Source: Yuukianura sp. NJ FZ-2021 (Eukaryota). Taken from it: a stretch of 64,000 nucleotides of DNA. Shown one piece after another: positions 23,657 through 34,300 of the stretch. The stretch lies in assembly GCA_046563655.1 (NCBI GenBank), contig CM102290.1, positions 14,880,001-14,944,000 of the forward strand, in the 5' to 3' direction. Position 1 is the stretch's first letter. Each line of letters opens with the position of its first letter. The notes beneath the pieces are model-generated. The model saw only the letters and a list, made by a program, of their open reading frames with translations, did not search any database and was not told the DNA's origin. The translations under genes were made by a program, and so were the position numbers.

Positions 23657-26600
23657 ATGTATGGACTTTTGTTGGAGAACTTGGCAGCGTTCATTAAGAT
23701 CCAATGGGGTGAAGGGAAGTGGGAATCTGTAAGAAGACATGCTGGCGTGGACTCACCCTCATTCAGTGTTCACCATGTCTACGCTGAAACGCTCATCCCA
23801 AGGCTCGCCAGAAGCGCTGTCACTGTAAGTCTCTTTTTCACTACAATAACAACATTACCGTCAATACATGGATCGTACAAGGCAATACCGTCAATACATG
23901 TACTGTTCATGCCAATACCGTCGATCATGTATTATACATGTCAATACTGTGGATGCATGTATCATTCATGTGAATTACCGGCAAAACATGTATCGTACAT
24001 GCCAATACCGTCGATACATGTATAGCACCAATTAGCTTCTAATTATTCACAACAATGTTCCTAGCAGTCATATGGTATCAGGTTGAAAACAAAAGGGGCT
24101 AATTGAAAGTTGAGTCATTGAATTAATTAAGTAATTCAATTAGTTTTGATGTTCCTACATGTCTCTTTTGTTTTCACTTTTCACAGGTTCTGGGGGTGGG
24201 GGAGAAGGAGTTCTTTGAAGCCATGGGCGTGTACTTTGTGGAGTTCATGGGTCAATATGGCTATGATCAGGTCATGTCAGTCCTCGGTCGTCACATGCGA
24301 GACTTTCTCAACGGTAAGTACTTGAATACTGGCAGTACTTAGCGAGTACTCTGCTTAAATACTTGTAAGTACTTAAGTACTAGTACTTTGTAACAACTTT
24401 GGTTGAGCCCAGAGGCACCCTCGTTCCAGGAGTGGTTTTTGTCTGGAAACTTTAGTTTATGGTCGCCCTTCAGTCATTTCCCACTCCATTGAACTTTGCA
24501 TAACTCTCAAAGTTCACATTTCCATTGTCCTTGTGACCTCTATTGTGTTTTAGGGTTGGACAATTTGCACGAATATCTCAAGTTTTCATACCCTCGCATG
24601 AGAGCTCCTTCTTTCTACTGTGACAATGAAACCGTCGATGGACTAACTTTGCACTACAGAACCAAACGACGAGGGTTCGTCCAGTATGCCATGGGCCAAA
24701 TCAAGCAGGTCCACCATCCAAAAGTTCCAAATTCAATTTGCAAAATTCTCAAAACTTTTTGATCTTTTCCCTACCTTTGAACTTTTTTTTAGGTGGCCAA
24801 ACACTTTTATGACACGAATGTTGGAATTGAATTGCTGGGTGAAGAAATGGAAGGGGAGATGCTGCATGTCAAGTTCCAACTCACGTTTGACAATCGAGCT
24901 TACGGACAAGTCAGTTTTCCTTTGATTTCTATTGAAACTTTGATTTTTGTGAAATTTTATTTGTTTTTTTGAAAATGTGTGAACTGGTTTTTGATGTGTG
25001 TTTGTTAGGCTCAGTCTTTGGTGAAATTGATTAAAGAGGAGGAGCAGCTTCCGGTGAAAGCGTCGATGCTCTTTGAGCTCTTTCCCTTCTGTATCGTCTT
25101 CTCGTGAGTCAAAGTCAATGTATTTGTATGCAAAACACACATTTACATTGTCATGCTCGTCGTTGTCATGGTGATGTTGCCGCTGGATGCTAACGTGACC
25201 TTGATTTTGTAGTACTGATATGATCATTCAACATACTGGACACTCTCTCGTTAACATTCTGCCAGATCTCGTGGGTCAAACGCTCTCTGAAGCATTTGAC
25301 CTCGTCCGCCCTCTTATTCCGTTCGCCTTTGCAAATGTAAGTTCAAGAAACATTTGTCACACTTTTTTTTTTTACTTTAATCTTCGTTGTTTGAATTTTA
25401 GTTATGGTTAGGGGTCTCAAATCCGATTTTTAAAAATTCGGATTTCATATTTATCCGGATTTATGGCGACCAAATCCGTTTTTGTATTCGGATTTTTAAA
25501 TCTTTTTTTTTCTTCTTAAAATCCAATTTCCCCCTAGCCCTACTGCCAATTCCCTCAAGTAAAACGGAAAACCCGGATTGAATATTTTGAAATCTGGATT
25601 TCGAATTATGATTCGAATCGGACAATAATCAGAGGATAAATCCTATTAAAAAAATCCGGATTTAGGTTCCCTAGTTAATTTTTTTTCGTTTCTGTTAACA
25701 TGTTGACTGTTTTAGATTCTGGAGCGGAGGAACGTCGTGTTCGAGTTGATTACGCTGGCTCCGATTCAGGACAACGAACCGATGTATGGGGACGGTGATG
25801 ACGACGCTGGAATCAGCCTCAGGCTAAAAGGTAAAGTAAAGTGAGCTTATGAAACGTCAAGAAATGTGTCAATGTCACAATTTAATTACTCCCTTAGGAC
25901 AAATGCTCCACATGGAGGACTGGAAGATGATCATCTTCTTGGCCACTCCGCAAATGCCAGACTTGGAAACACTTCTTTCGTCTGGGCTGTACATCAACGA
26001 TCTCTCGCTCCACGATTGCAGCAGGTACGGTGACCTCTGACATCCACTCTGACACGAACAGGGTTGGGGATTTGCCAGGCTAATACTATTATTCCCCAGG
26101 ACATTGAAAAACCCGGGTTTTCCCGGGAAAAGACTGGGCAGTATTTTCAGGTTTCTTATGCTAATCTTTACTACTGTACATGGTACCCGACAATTTAAAC
26201 TAAGCCTTTAACTAAAAACATTTATTTTGGCCTGAAAACTCATCCATCATTTTATCCTAAATCCTAAAACGAATTTCACCCGCTATCAACTCAATCAGAA
26301 AATTTTAATGCGAGTTTAAGAAAATATCTGAGCATAGTCTATACACAAGTCAATCAATTTGAATTTCCCACAAGTTACATTATTCTTCATTACTGCCTTC
26401 CTTTGAGAAAACACCGATATTTTCCAAGGTGGGTTTTTCCACAAATTGCCCACCTGGGAAAATCCACTCCGGAACTCTGCACACGTTCAAAGCTCAAAAG
26501 TTTCAAATGTTACTAAAAGTGAACTTTTTTCAGAGATTTGGTGTTAGCTGGATCCCAGCAGTCTGTGGAGTTGAAGTTGGCGCTGGACCAAGAACAGCAA

Positions 26601-29600
26601 AAGTCCCGCCGCCTCGAAGACAGCATGAAACAACTTGATTTGGAAATGAAAAGAACTGATGAGCTCCTGTACCAGATGATTCCGAAACAAGTGGCGGATC
26701 GTATTCGACGTGGTGAAAATCCAGTAGATACTTGTGAGGTAAACAAAAAGTTCCCGACATTTCCGCTCTTTCTGTTCTTGTGCTCTTCGTCTTCTTCAAA
26801 TCCTGATCCCCAGAGACTTGAGTTTCATTTTGGACGTTCCAGCACCAGACGCTGGAGATTCAATTTCCTTAATCGCTTTTCTTCTTGCTTACAATCCAAA
26901 CTAATCTGGACCCCATTAGTTCCGGGTCGCTTTCCTTCCAAACTTTCTTAATTTACACTCGGTCAATCCAGAACCTAGTGACGCTTCTTTAAGAACCGGC
27001 TTCGGCATAATAGGCTTTTTTAAACGGCAAAACATTCCACGACACTCGTGTTCGGGAGTAAGAGAACCTTGATAACCAGTGTATAGCCGAATATCCACTT
27101 TTTTAGTATTTCATTCAGGATAATTAAATAAATCCGGATGAAATCCAGTTGCGCATAATATCCGGAAGAAACCAATAAGTTCTGGATATTTCCACCAGGG
27201 AGGACAGGAGAGTGGAAGAAATATTTTATCCATCCAGCAACACGGATGATAGCCCCAGTGTTGTCCAATATCCAGCTTTGTAGCATTTCGTCCAGGTGAT
27301 ATCCATTGGATAAATGGATCAGGATGAAATCCAGTACTCCGATCAGGTTTTGATCCCCTGTGGCCACTTTATTGTTTTGGCGGTTATTGTTTTGGGGCTT
27401 ATTGTGTTTGGGCTAATGACCACTGTCCAATGACAAGGTAGTGTTAATGGGGCGTAACCACAGAAGTGACCTATCGTCACGACAAAGTGAGGATGGTGGA
27501 GGGGGCGGTGTGCGGGAGGCGACAGTGGCGGTACTTTAGGAAATGACTGTCGCAATGACCGTCATTTGTCTCACTCAAAATGAGAAATCCTCAACTTTAT
27601 TTCCGGAAACTTTCCTTACATTTGAGGGGGATTGATGGAAAAGTCTAAAACTTAGCTTTACATTACGTAAATTTAGGTTGTTTTATGGGATTTGGAGTCT
27701 AGAAAAAGTTTCATTGAAATTTCCAGGTTTTTGAGATGGTTTCCATCCTGTTCTCTGATGTGGTCACGTTCACGGAGATCTGCGGTCGCATCAAGCCCAT
27801 GCAAGTCGTCCAAATGCTCAACCACATGTACTCCCTCTTTGATCAACTCACGGAGCGAAACGGAGTCTACAAGGTTCATCTTCAACATTACAATTTTCAA
27901 AATTTCAAAAAAGTTTCAAAATGTTTTTGATTTTCTGAGTATGGGATGGTTCGAAGGGTTGAGAAAGTTTGATGTGCTGAATTAATTCGGAATTGAGGAG
28001 AGTTTGTGCGGTTTTGAGAATTTGAGTTTTGAAAGTTTGGGTTAGTTTGGGAGTAAACTGTGCGTGTTTTTAGGTTGAGACGATTGGAGATGCTTACATG
28101 GTTGTGAGTGGAGCTCCGAATAAGGATCCGAATCACGCAGAGCGGATTTGCGACATGGCGTTGGACATGATTGATGCCTCCAAGGAAATCAAGGACCCAT
28201 CCGGCGGTATTCCCCAATTCCCAATTAGTAATTGCACTTAATTGGAAACTGATTTTCCAATTTCCTTCTTTGGCAGAGACGGATCATCTCCATCTTCGCG
28301 TGGGAGTGCATTCGGGTGACGTGGTGGCTGGGGTGGTGGGGCTCAAAATGCCACGCTACTGCCTCTTCGGGGACACTGTCAATACGTGTAAGTGGAGCTC
28401 AAGGGTTGTGAACATTGTGAATGTTACTCAAATTGTGCATTATAACCAGACTTGCCAAAAATATTTAGTTCCATGTCTCTAATGTTAACAAAATCAATAT
28501 TTGGGGTGTTTTTGTTACAAAATATTGATTTATTTACCCATGGTCTTACTCTTAAGTTTGTAAATATTTGAGTAACTTTTTCAGTAAATATTGTATTTAT
28601 TTAAATATTTCTGTACTTTTTGGTAAATATTTTTGGGAGGTCTGATTATAACCAGTGTGAATGTCGGTTATGTCGTGAAAAATGAGTTCTGGAAAAGTTG
28701 TGAACGTTGTGTCGTTGATGGCAAGGTCGTCTCAGATTGCAACCCCAAATAATTTGACAAATGATACTGTTGACAGTGGCTGTAGGTGTACTAATTAATT
28801 TTCTCCGCCTTGTTTTCCTTTCTCCAGCCTCACGAATGGAGTCGTCCAGTACGAAAAGCAAGATCCAAATTTCGGAAACCACGAAAGCACTTCTGCCAAA
28901 AACATACTTGGTGGAGTTCCGTGGAGAGGTCGAGGTCAAAGGAAAAGGTCAAACATGCAGAATTAACAATTTTCAAAATCCCAAATTCCTCAAAACAAAA
29001 TTTTTTTACGTGATATTTTCAAATGTTTTTTTTGAAGGTCAAATGAGCACTTTTTGGTTGAATGGAAGAAAAGAGCGGATTCCTTTGAGCGAACTGCAGT
29101 CAACTTCGTTTTCCTGGAGCCTTCCAGGAACGGGTGGAGGAAGTGGCGGTGGACAGTCAAATGTGCTTGGGCAGTTCAGATCTCCTGCGCCGTCGCTGGA
29201 CGATGTTCGTGGCAAAACGTTTTCGGAGTCGACGCAGTCCAGTGCTGGTCCACCGATTGGTCGTCAATTGGTCAAAGGTAACTCACATGATGTTGCCAAG
29301 GTTCCTATAGCAACGAAATAGTTGTCCTTTAACAGGTTTGGCACTAAGTCCTGTTTACGAAAAATCTCGCCCCAACAATTTTTTCCGCCAATCCCATTTG
29401 ATTACATATAAATCATTGCCATAGGAAGGCATCGTGAACCAAGTTTTGCTAACAAAATTTAAAAAGTTCTAGTTATTGCCTAACCTGTTGAAGAAAAATT
29501 ATTTTGTTGTTTACGAACGTTGGATGTTACTGTCGGTACTTGAACTGAGAGATTCCTGAAGTTTACATGTTTCATTTAGGACTGTTGTCTATGTAGAACC

Positions 29601-30348
29601 AACGATGAGTGCGGAAGGGAGAAGGTCAGGTCATCGTCCAACGTCTCGTCCAGGAATTCAGTCTCAAGGTTCAATCACGAAACAGTCTGACGGTCACATT
29701 CCGTTCCTCATGCACCAACCGTCCCTCACTACCATGAATCTAAGCGCTGCTCGAGCCGCTGTCACGGAAGCACTTCGAGCCAAACCCGCTGAAAGTTATC
29801 CCGGAGAAAAGTCGGGAGCTCCGCCCCCTTTTACTGCTTCGTCGCTCCGATCTCTCCATTCCGGCTCCATTTCTGATCTGCGCAAACCCAAACCACCGCC
29901 GAGTCCTTCCGAAGAACCAAAACCTGCCTCAACCCCGGCAACTCCGACGTCGGAAACTCCGAAGGAGGCTGAGAATGTGAAGCCAGAACCTTCCAGTGCT
30001 GCAGCATCTTCCAGCGCAAGTTCAGAATCGCTGGAAGCTGGAAAGCAAAGTAAGCCGAAGGCGGAGGAGGCGGCGGCCGGTCCAGCCGTCCCCTCTCCCG
30101 CTCCAGCCGCTCAGAATCAGACGCAGGACATTCCGGCCAAAGCTACTTTGGGTAACGATTTGAATAGCTTTGCTCCTCCCACGATCGCTTCCAGCGATAG
30201 CCCAAATCCAAGGAAGGATCGCTTCATGAAGCGCTTGCGAGCGAACAAAGTGGCTTTGCTCACTTCTGAAGCGATGGCTCAGATGGGGTGTAACGGGTTC
30301 GTGACGAAGCAGAAGGAAGTGCTGAGTCAGGCATGCTCGCTGCTCTGA
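23657..30348 (+). CDS. Gyc88E: Atypical soluble guanylyl cyclase (Gyc88E / beta3 type), about 15 exons
   Basis: [13 protein letters not shown]...[32 protein letters not shown]...[20 protein letters not shown] ([21 protein letters not shown]); coiled coil ([16 protein letters not shown]); cyclase ([55 protein letters not shown]); long C-terminal tail ending CSLL*. Confidence 0.95.
23855..24022. repeat. Degenerate ~29-bp tandem repeat (ATACCGTCAATACATG core) in sGC intron 1
   Basis: About six diverged copies are visible. Confidence 0.75.
25409..25673. mobile_element. hAT-like MITE in an sGC intron
   Basis: Imperfect TIRs TAGGGGTCTCAAATCCGATTTTT / reverse complement TAGGGAACCTAAATCCGGATTTTT; many internal AATCCG/CGGATT motifs; partial 8-bp TSD (gttatggt/gttaattt). 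Confidence 0.55.
26059..26479. mobile_element. Old hAT-like MITE in an sGC intron
   Basis: Termini CAGGGTT...AACTCTG, subterminal CCCGGG/CCTGGGAAAA motifs, partial 8-bp TSD (gacacgaa/cacacgtt). Confidence 0.4.
29333..29487. mobile_element. TTAA-flanked MITE (piggyBac-like), related to 61053-61264
   Basis: TTAA|CAGGTTTGGCACTAA ... TTATTGCCTAACCTG|TTGA. Confidence 0.6.
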
Positions 30349-31365
30349 TTCTCTGTCGGCTTCCCCCGCCTTTTTTGAATCTACTAGAATCTACTTAACC
30401 TTAAAGGCCATCCTCGCCTTGACCTTGACCAGAGAGCCCCCTACAGCATGGACAGACCCACGGATGACCCCGATGACCTCAGTGTGGCCACCATCCGGTG
30501 GGACGAAGAGCGTGACGAGGAGGACCTGGACCACTTCAAATACAGTCTCACTAGTCGCAGACACACCGTACCCTCATTCTTTGCCAGCATCGAAGATGAC
30601 GACGGCTGGATTTAGTCGAACTCTACTTTATCTTGCATGACCTTTGACCTTTGACCTGGCGCATGGCTGCTGACCTTTGACCCCTCTGCTGATTTTGGCT
30701 CAAAGTGCCTCTCTATGTAGCATGAAATAATGTTTAGTTGTGTCTTAGCATGAACTGCATGAACAAAGTGGACGTGTGTGCAAATAAATTATTTAGCTCA
30801 ACAAATTTTCAATTTTGGATTAACATATTTCATTTTGTAGACAGATTTTAGATTTTTGTCTCAAAAATTACTATAAAAAACCACTAAAAATTCACTTCCT
30901 TTTTCTTTTTAGGAAAACAAAAGAAGAGGAGCAGAAAATGAAATTGTGGGATTTCATGAAAATTTTTATGAAAAATTGATCTCGAACTGGTGCTTCTAAA
31001 AAACGCTTAAAAACGTGTGCATCATTCCAAATCGCTAAACACATCGAAAAAATACTGGATATATGAATTGTGTCGATTAAAACTAAATTTTTAGAAACAA
31101 CTTACTAAAAAAACTTTTCCTAATGATTTTTTTCATGGTTGTTCATGACTTTATTTATTGCAACAAAGTGACCATAGCAGGGTTCCAAAATATAAGTTAT
31201 GAAGGTCATAAGGTCAAGTCACTCCTTTTGTCTGAATACTTGGACGGTGTGAAACTTGTAACTCGGTAAAAATCCGGTTTTGAAACCGGATGGACGGAAT
31301 TCAATTCGTTTTGAGATTCAAAATTCCCGCTCAAATTCAAAATTCGAAATTTCGAAAAATCAATT

Positions 31366-34300
31366 TCAAGTTGACCATCTTGAGTGGTAGGTTTGTTGCT
31401 GTTCAGTGACCTTGAGCCGCTCGAATCTTTTGATTTCTTCTTTGATTGCTGCTATGAGTGGAACTGCTGGATCTTGACCTTGACCTTCCCCCGTGGGGGG
31501 CACCGTGTTTGGGGGTAAAGTGTCCGGGATAGCCGCAGGGTAGGGAATGTCAGGATAGATCGGATACCGGGGAAACAGCGGTGCAATGGACGAAACATAA
31601 GATCGGTTTCCATCCGACGACGGCGTTTGAATGGCTGAAAGTGAGCTGGAGTTTTGATCCGGTTCGTCATCCGATACGATTCTCTCTTCCAGAACGGTTT
31701 CAGCGTCGCCATGACTACGACTCGGTCCGGACCTACTTCTAGCTGAAGTTCTGGAAGTGGCAGAGTGACATCGTTTTTCAGTAGACGCTGTCCAAGCTCT
31801 CTTTGGACCAGCAGCGATCGACGCTGATTTTGGCCGAGATTCAGCGTCCAGCGTCGTCTGAGAAGATGTCCAGGGCCTGGACACTTCTTTCGTTTCGATG
31901 TGGTGTGTCAGCGACACTTTGGCAGATTTCGTCCGACCTTCGTCTCCCTCGCCCTCTTTTTTCCCTGAAATTCAAAATTTTGAAACTTTTTGTGAAATTT
32001 CGAAATTTTTGAAATTTTGAATTGTTACCGATGACATTGAAAGCGTCGTCCAGGAACTGGTGAAACCTTTTACGCATTTTGCCCAACGTGTTTGCATCGC
32101 TTGACGAATCGTCCAGCCCGTGAACTTCAATAATTTCTTCAGATTCAGTTGAAATCAGCGATTCCGAGGATTTTTTCGGCACGGAAGTGAACCGCCGCGG
32201 TTTCGCTTTCGGTTTCTTTTTTAAAACTCCGCGAAGTTTCACTGGCGTTTGTACTTGAGCGTCTCTCATAGGTGACCGATTGTGTCCGGACACTTCCTGG
32301 ACATGGACATGGCCACTCGTCACGTCCAAACTGTCACCAATGTCACGGTCTTGTTCATAATCGCTGCCAGCGCTCGGGCTGTTCCGTTCTTCCAGAAATG
32401 CCGTTTCGGAAATCGCTGAACCGATTTTGGACGAACCACTCCGCGGTTTTACCGAAGGTTGACTCCGTGATGACGTCATGAGCTTTTTCGCTTCGTTGCT
32501 TACTGGTTTCGCGACTGAGTCGTCGCAAACGTCCAAATGACCAAATGTCACTTTTTCTCTGGACGACGCTGAAAGTGGCCTGGACTGTTTCTGGCCAAGG
32601 TCAAGGTCACCGCGGTCATCTTTGTGTTCAACTCGTCTTCTAAGAGCCGTTTTGCCTCGCTTTTTGGGCGAAGGCTTGACTGACCTCGTGACCTCGCGAC
32701 CAGCAGCATCTTCAAGTTCATCTCTTGGCTGGATGACAATATTGCTGGCAGTATCGGGGAAACTGTCGTCACTTCCAGCTGAACTGAGTCCATCTGACAC
32801 GTAGACTTCTTGTTGACCTTGACCTGGTGACGACGGTGACCTCGTGTCACCTACGAGTCGTTCGTTGAGATCTTTGGCCAAAGACTTCTGACGAGATTCA
32901 CGCTCCGTCCGACTGCTTCCGGAATGTCCAGAAAAATCTACTTGACCTTGACCTTTCTCCTGACCTTGACCTCTTCTTTTGTACGAAGTGCCAGGTCGGA
33001 CCTCCTTTTCGTTGTATGACTCGGCAGGGTCAGATTGCTAAAAAAACACAATAAAAATGTCAACTTTTTTTCTTAAATTTCAATTTTTGAATGCGGGTAT
33101 TTTTCAATTTGTACGGAAGAAGTGACGAATGCTGGATTGTTGACCCCGGCCTCCACTCCGACAGAATGAGTTGACCTCCTTTCTGGCGACATTCGGTCGT
33201 CAATGCCCTTCTGCTTCCACTTCCAAGCGATGACACCCAGCAGCAGAATGACGACGACCACCAGCAGAAACATCATCGATGTCGCCACGACCAGCCACGT
33301 CGACGTCCCTCCTTCTTGCACATGCTCCACGGGAGGGGGCGGTGACACGAGCGCTGGAAAAAAGTTAAGAACGTATGCAAATTAAAAATTTAACAAAAAT
33401 CAAACAACTTTCGAATTGCTCTTCATTTTGAAAGAAAAAAAAATTCATTGTAGAAAAAAAATTCATATTCAGATTTTGAAATATTGACAGCGAAACTAAT
33501 AAATTAAAAAGTTGAAAACTTGTTTTCAAAAACGGAAAAGAAAATATTGATTTTGGATTTGCGTGTTCAAATTTTGAAAAGCGTCATGAAGTTAGACTTA
33601 AAGTTGTCCCAAGGACAAGACACCAGAGAGGCAATTTTTATAAAAATACACACGCAAATTAGCTGTTCAAACTTTTAAATTCTTAACCTTGAACTGGTCC
33701 TTAAAATCTTCAATTTTAAAAACTTCAGTTTCAAAAACCAGCAATTTTTTTTTATAGAATTTTTAAAAAAATGTTTAAACCTTCTGCCATTTTGATGACT
33801 TCGAATCCAATTTTTTGCTGGACTTGTTCTTTCGTCATGAGATTGATGTCTTGGGCCGCTGATGCTCCAGGCACTGGTCTCCCTTCGGCCGTAATGAAAT
33901 AGTCCATGCTCACGCGCTGATCAGCGTCGGACGGTGTCACGTTAAAAATGGACACGGACACATTCATCGTCGTGGTGGCTAAAGCTGCCAGTTTTTCTGG
34001 AGAGGGCGCTGGGTCGAGTCCATCCTGGTGGGAAAAGAGCCATTCGTACTCCCGCTCCTCCCAGTTCGGAACTTCCCTCCGACGTCTCCGAATTTCGTGT
34101 TTTTGGTCCGAATTTCCGGTTTTTAATGCCGGTTTGAAGTCATTTCCGGTCGTGTTGGCCACTCCGAGGGAGTTGAGGAGGTGGAGCTTAAATGCCGAAG
34201 CGTAAACCGTGGCCAAGTTAAGCTGCATCTTTTCCTGGAAGTGGAGTGCTGGATCGGCAGTGTGTGATCGATTGGCCTTGATGACCGTGTTGACCCAGAA

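Noticed and set aside
28378..28835. DTVNTSSRMES instead of the usual DTVNTASRMES in the cyclase
   Set aside because: A conservative change at a splice junction. The catalytic Asn and Arg are intact.
7697..30348. AKH, Ets98B and O2-sensing sGC as a co-regulated neuroendocrine cluster
   Set aside because: Only proximity supports it. The genes are interleaved with housekeeping genes, and no shared element was seen.
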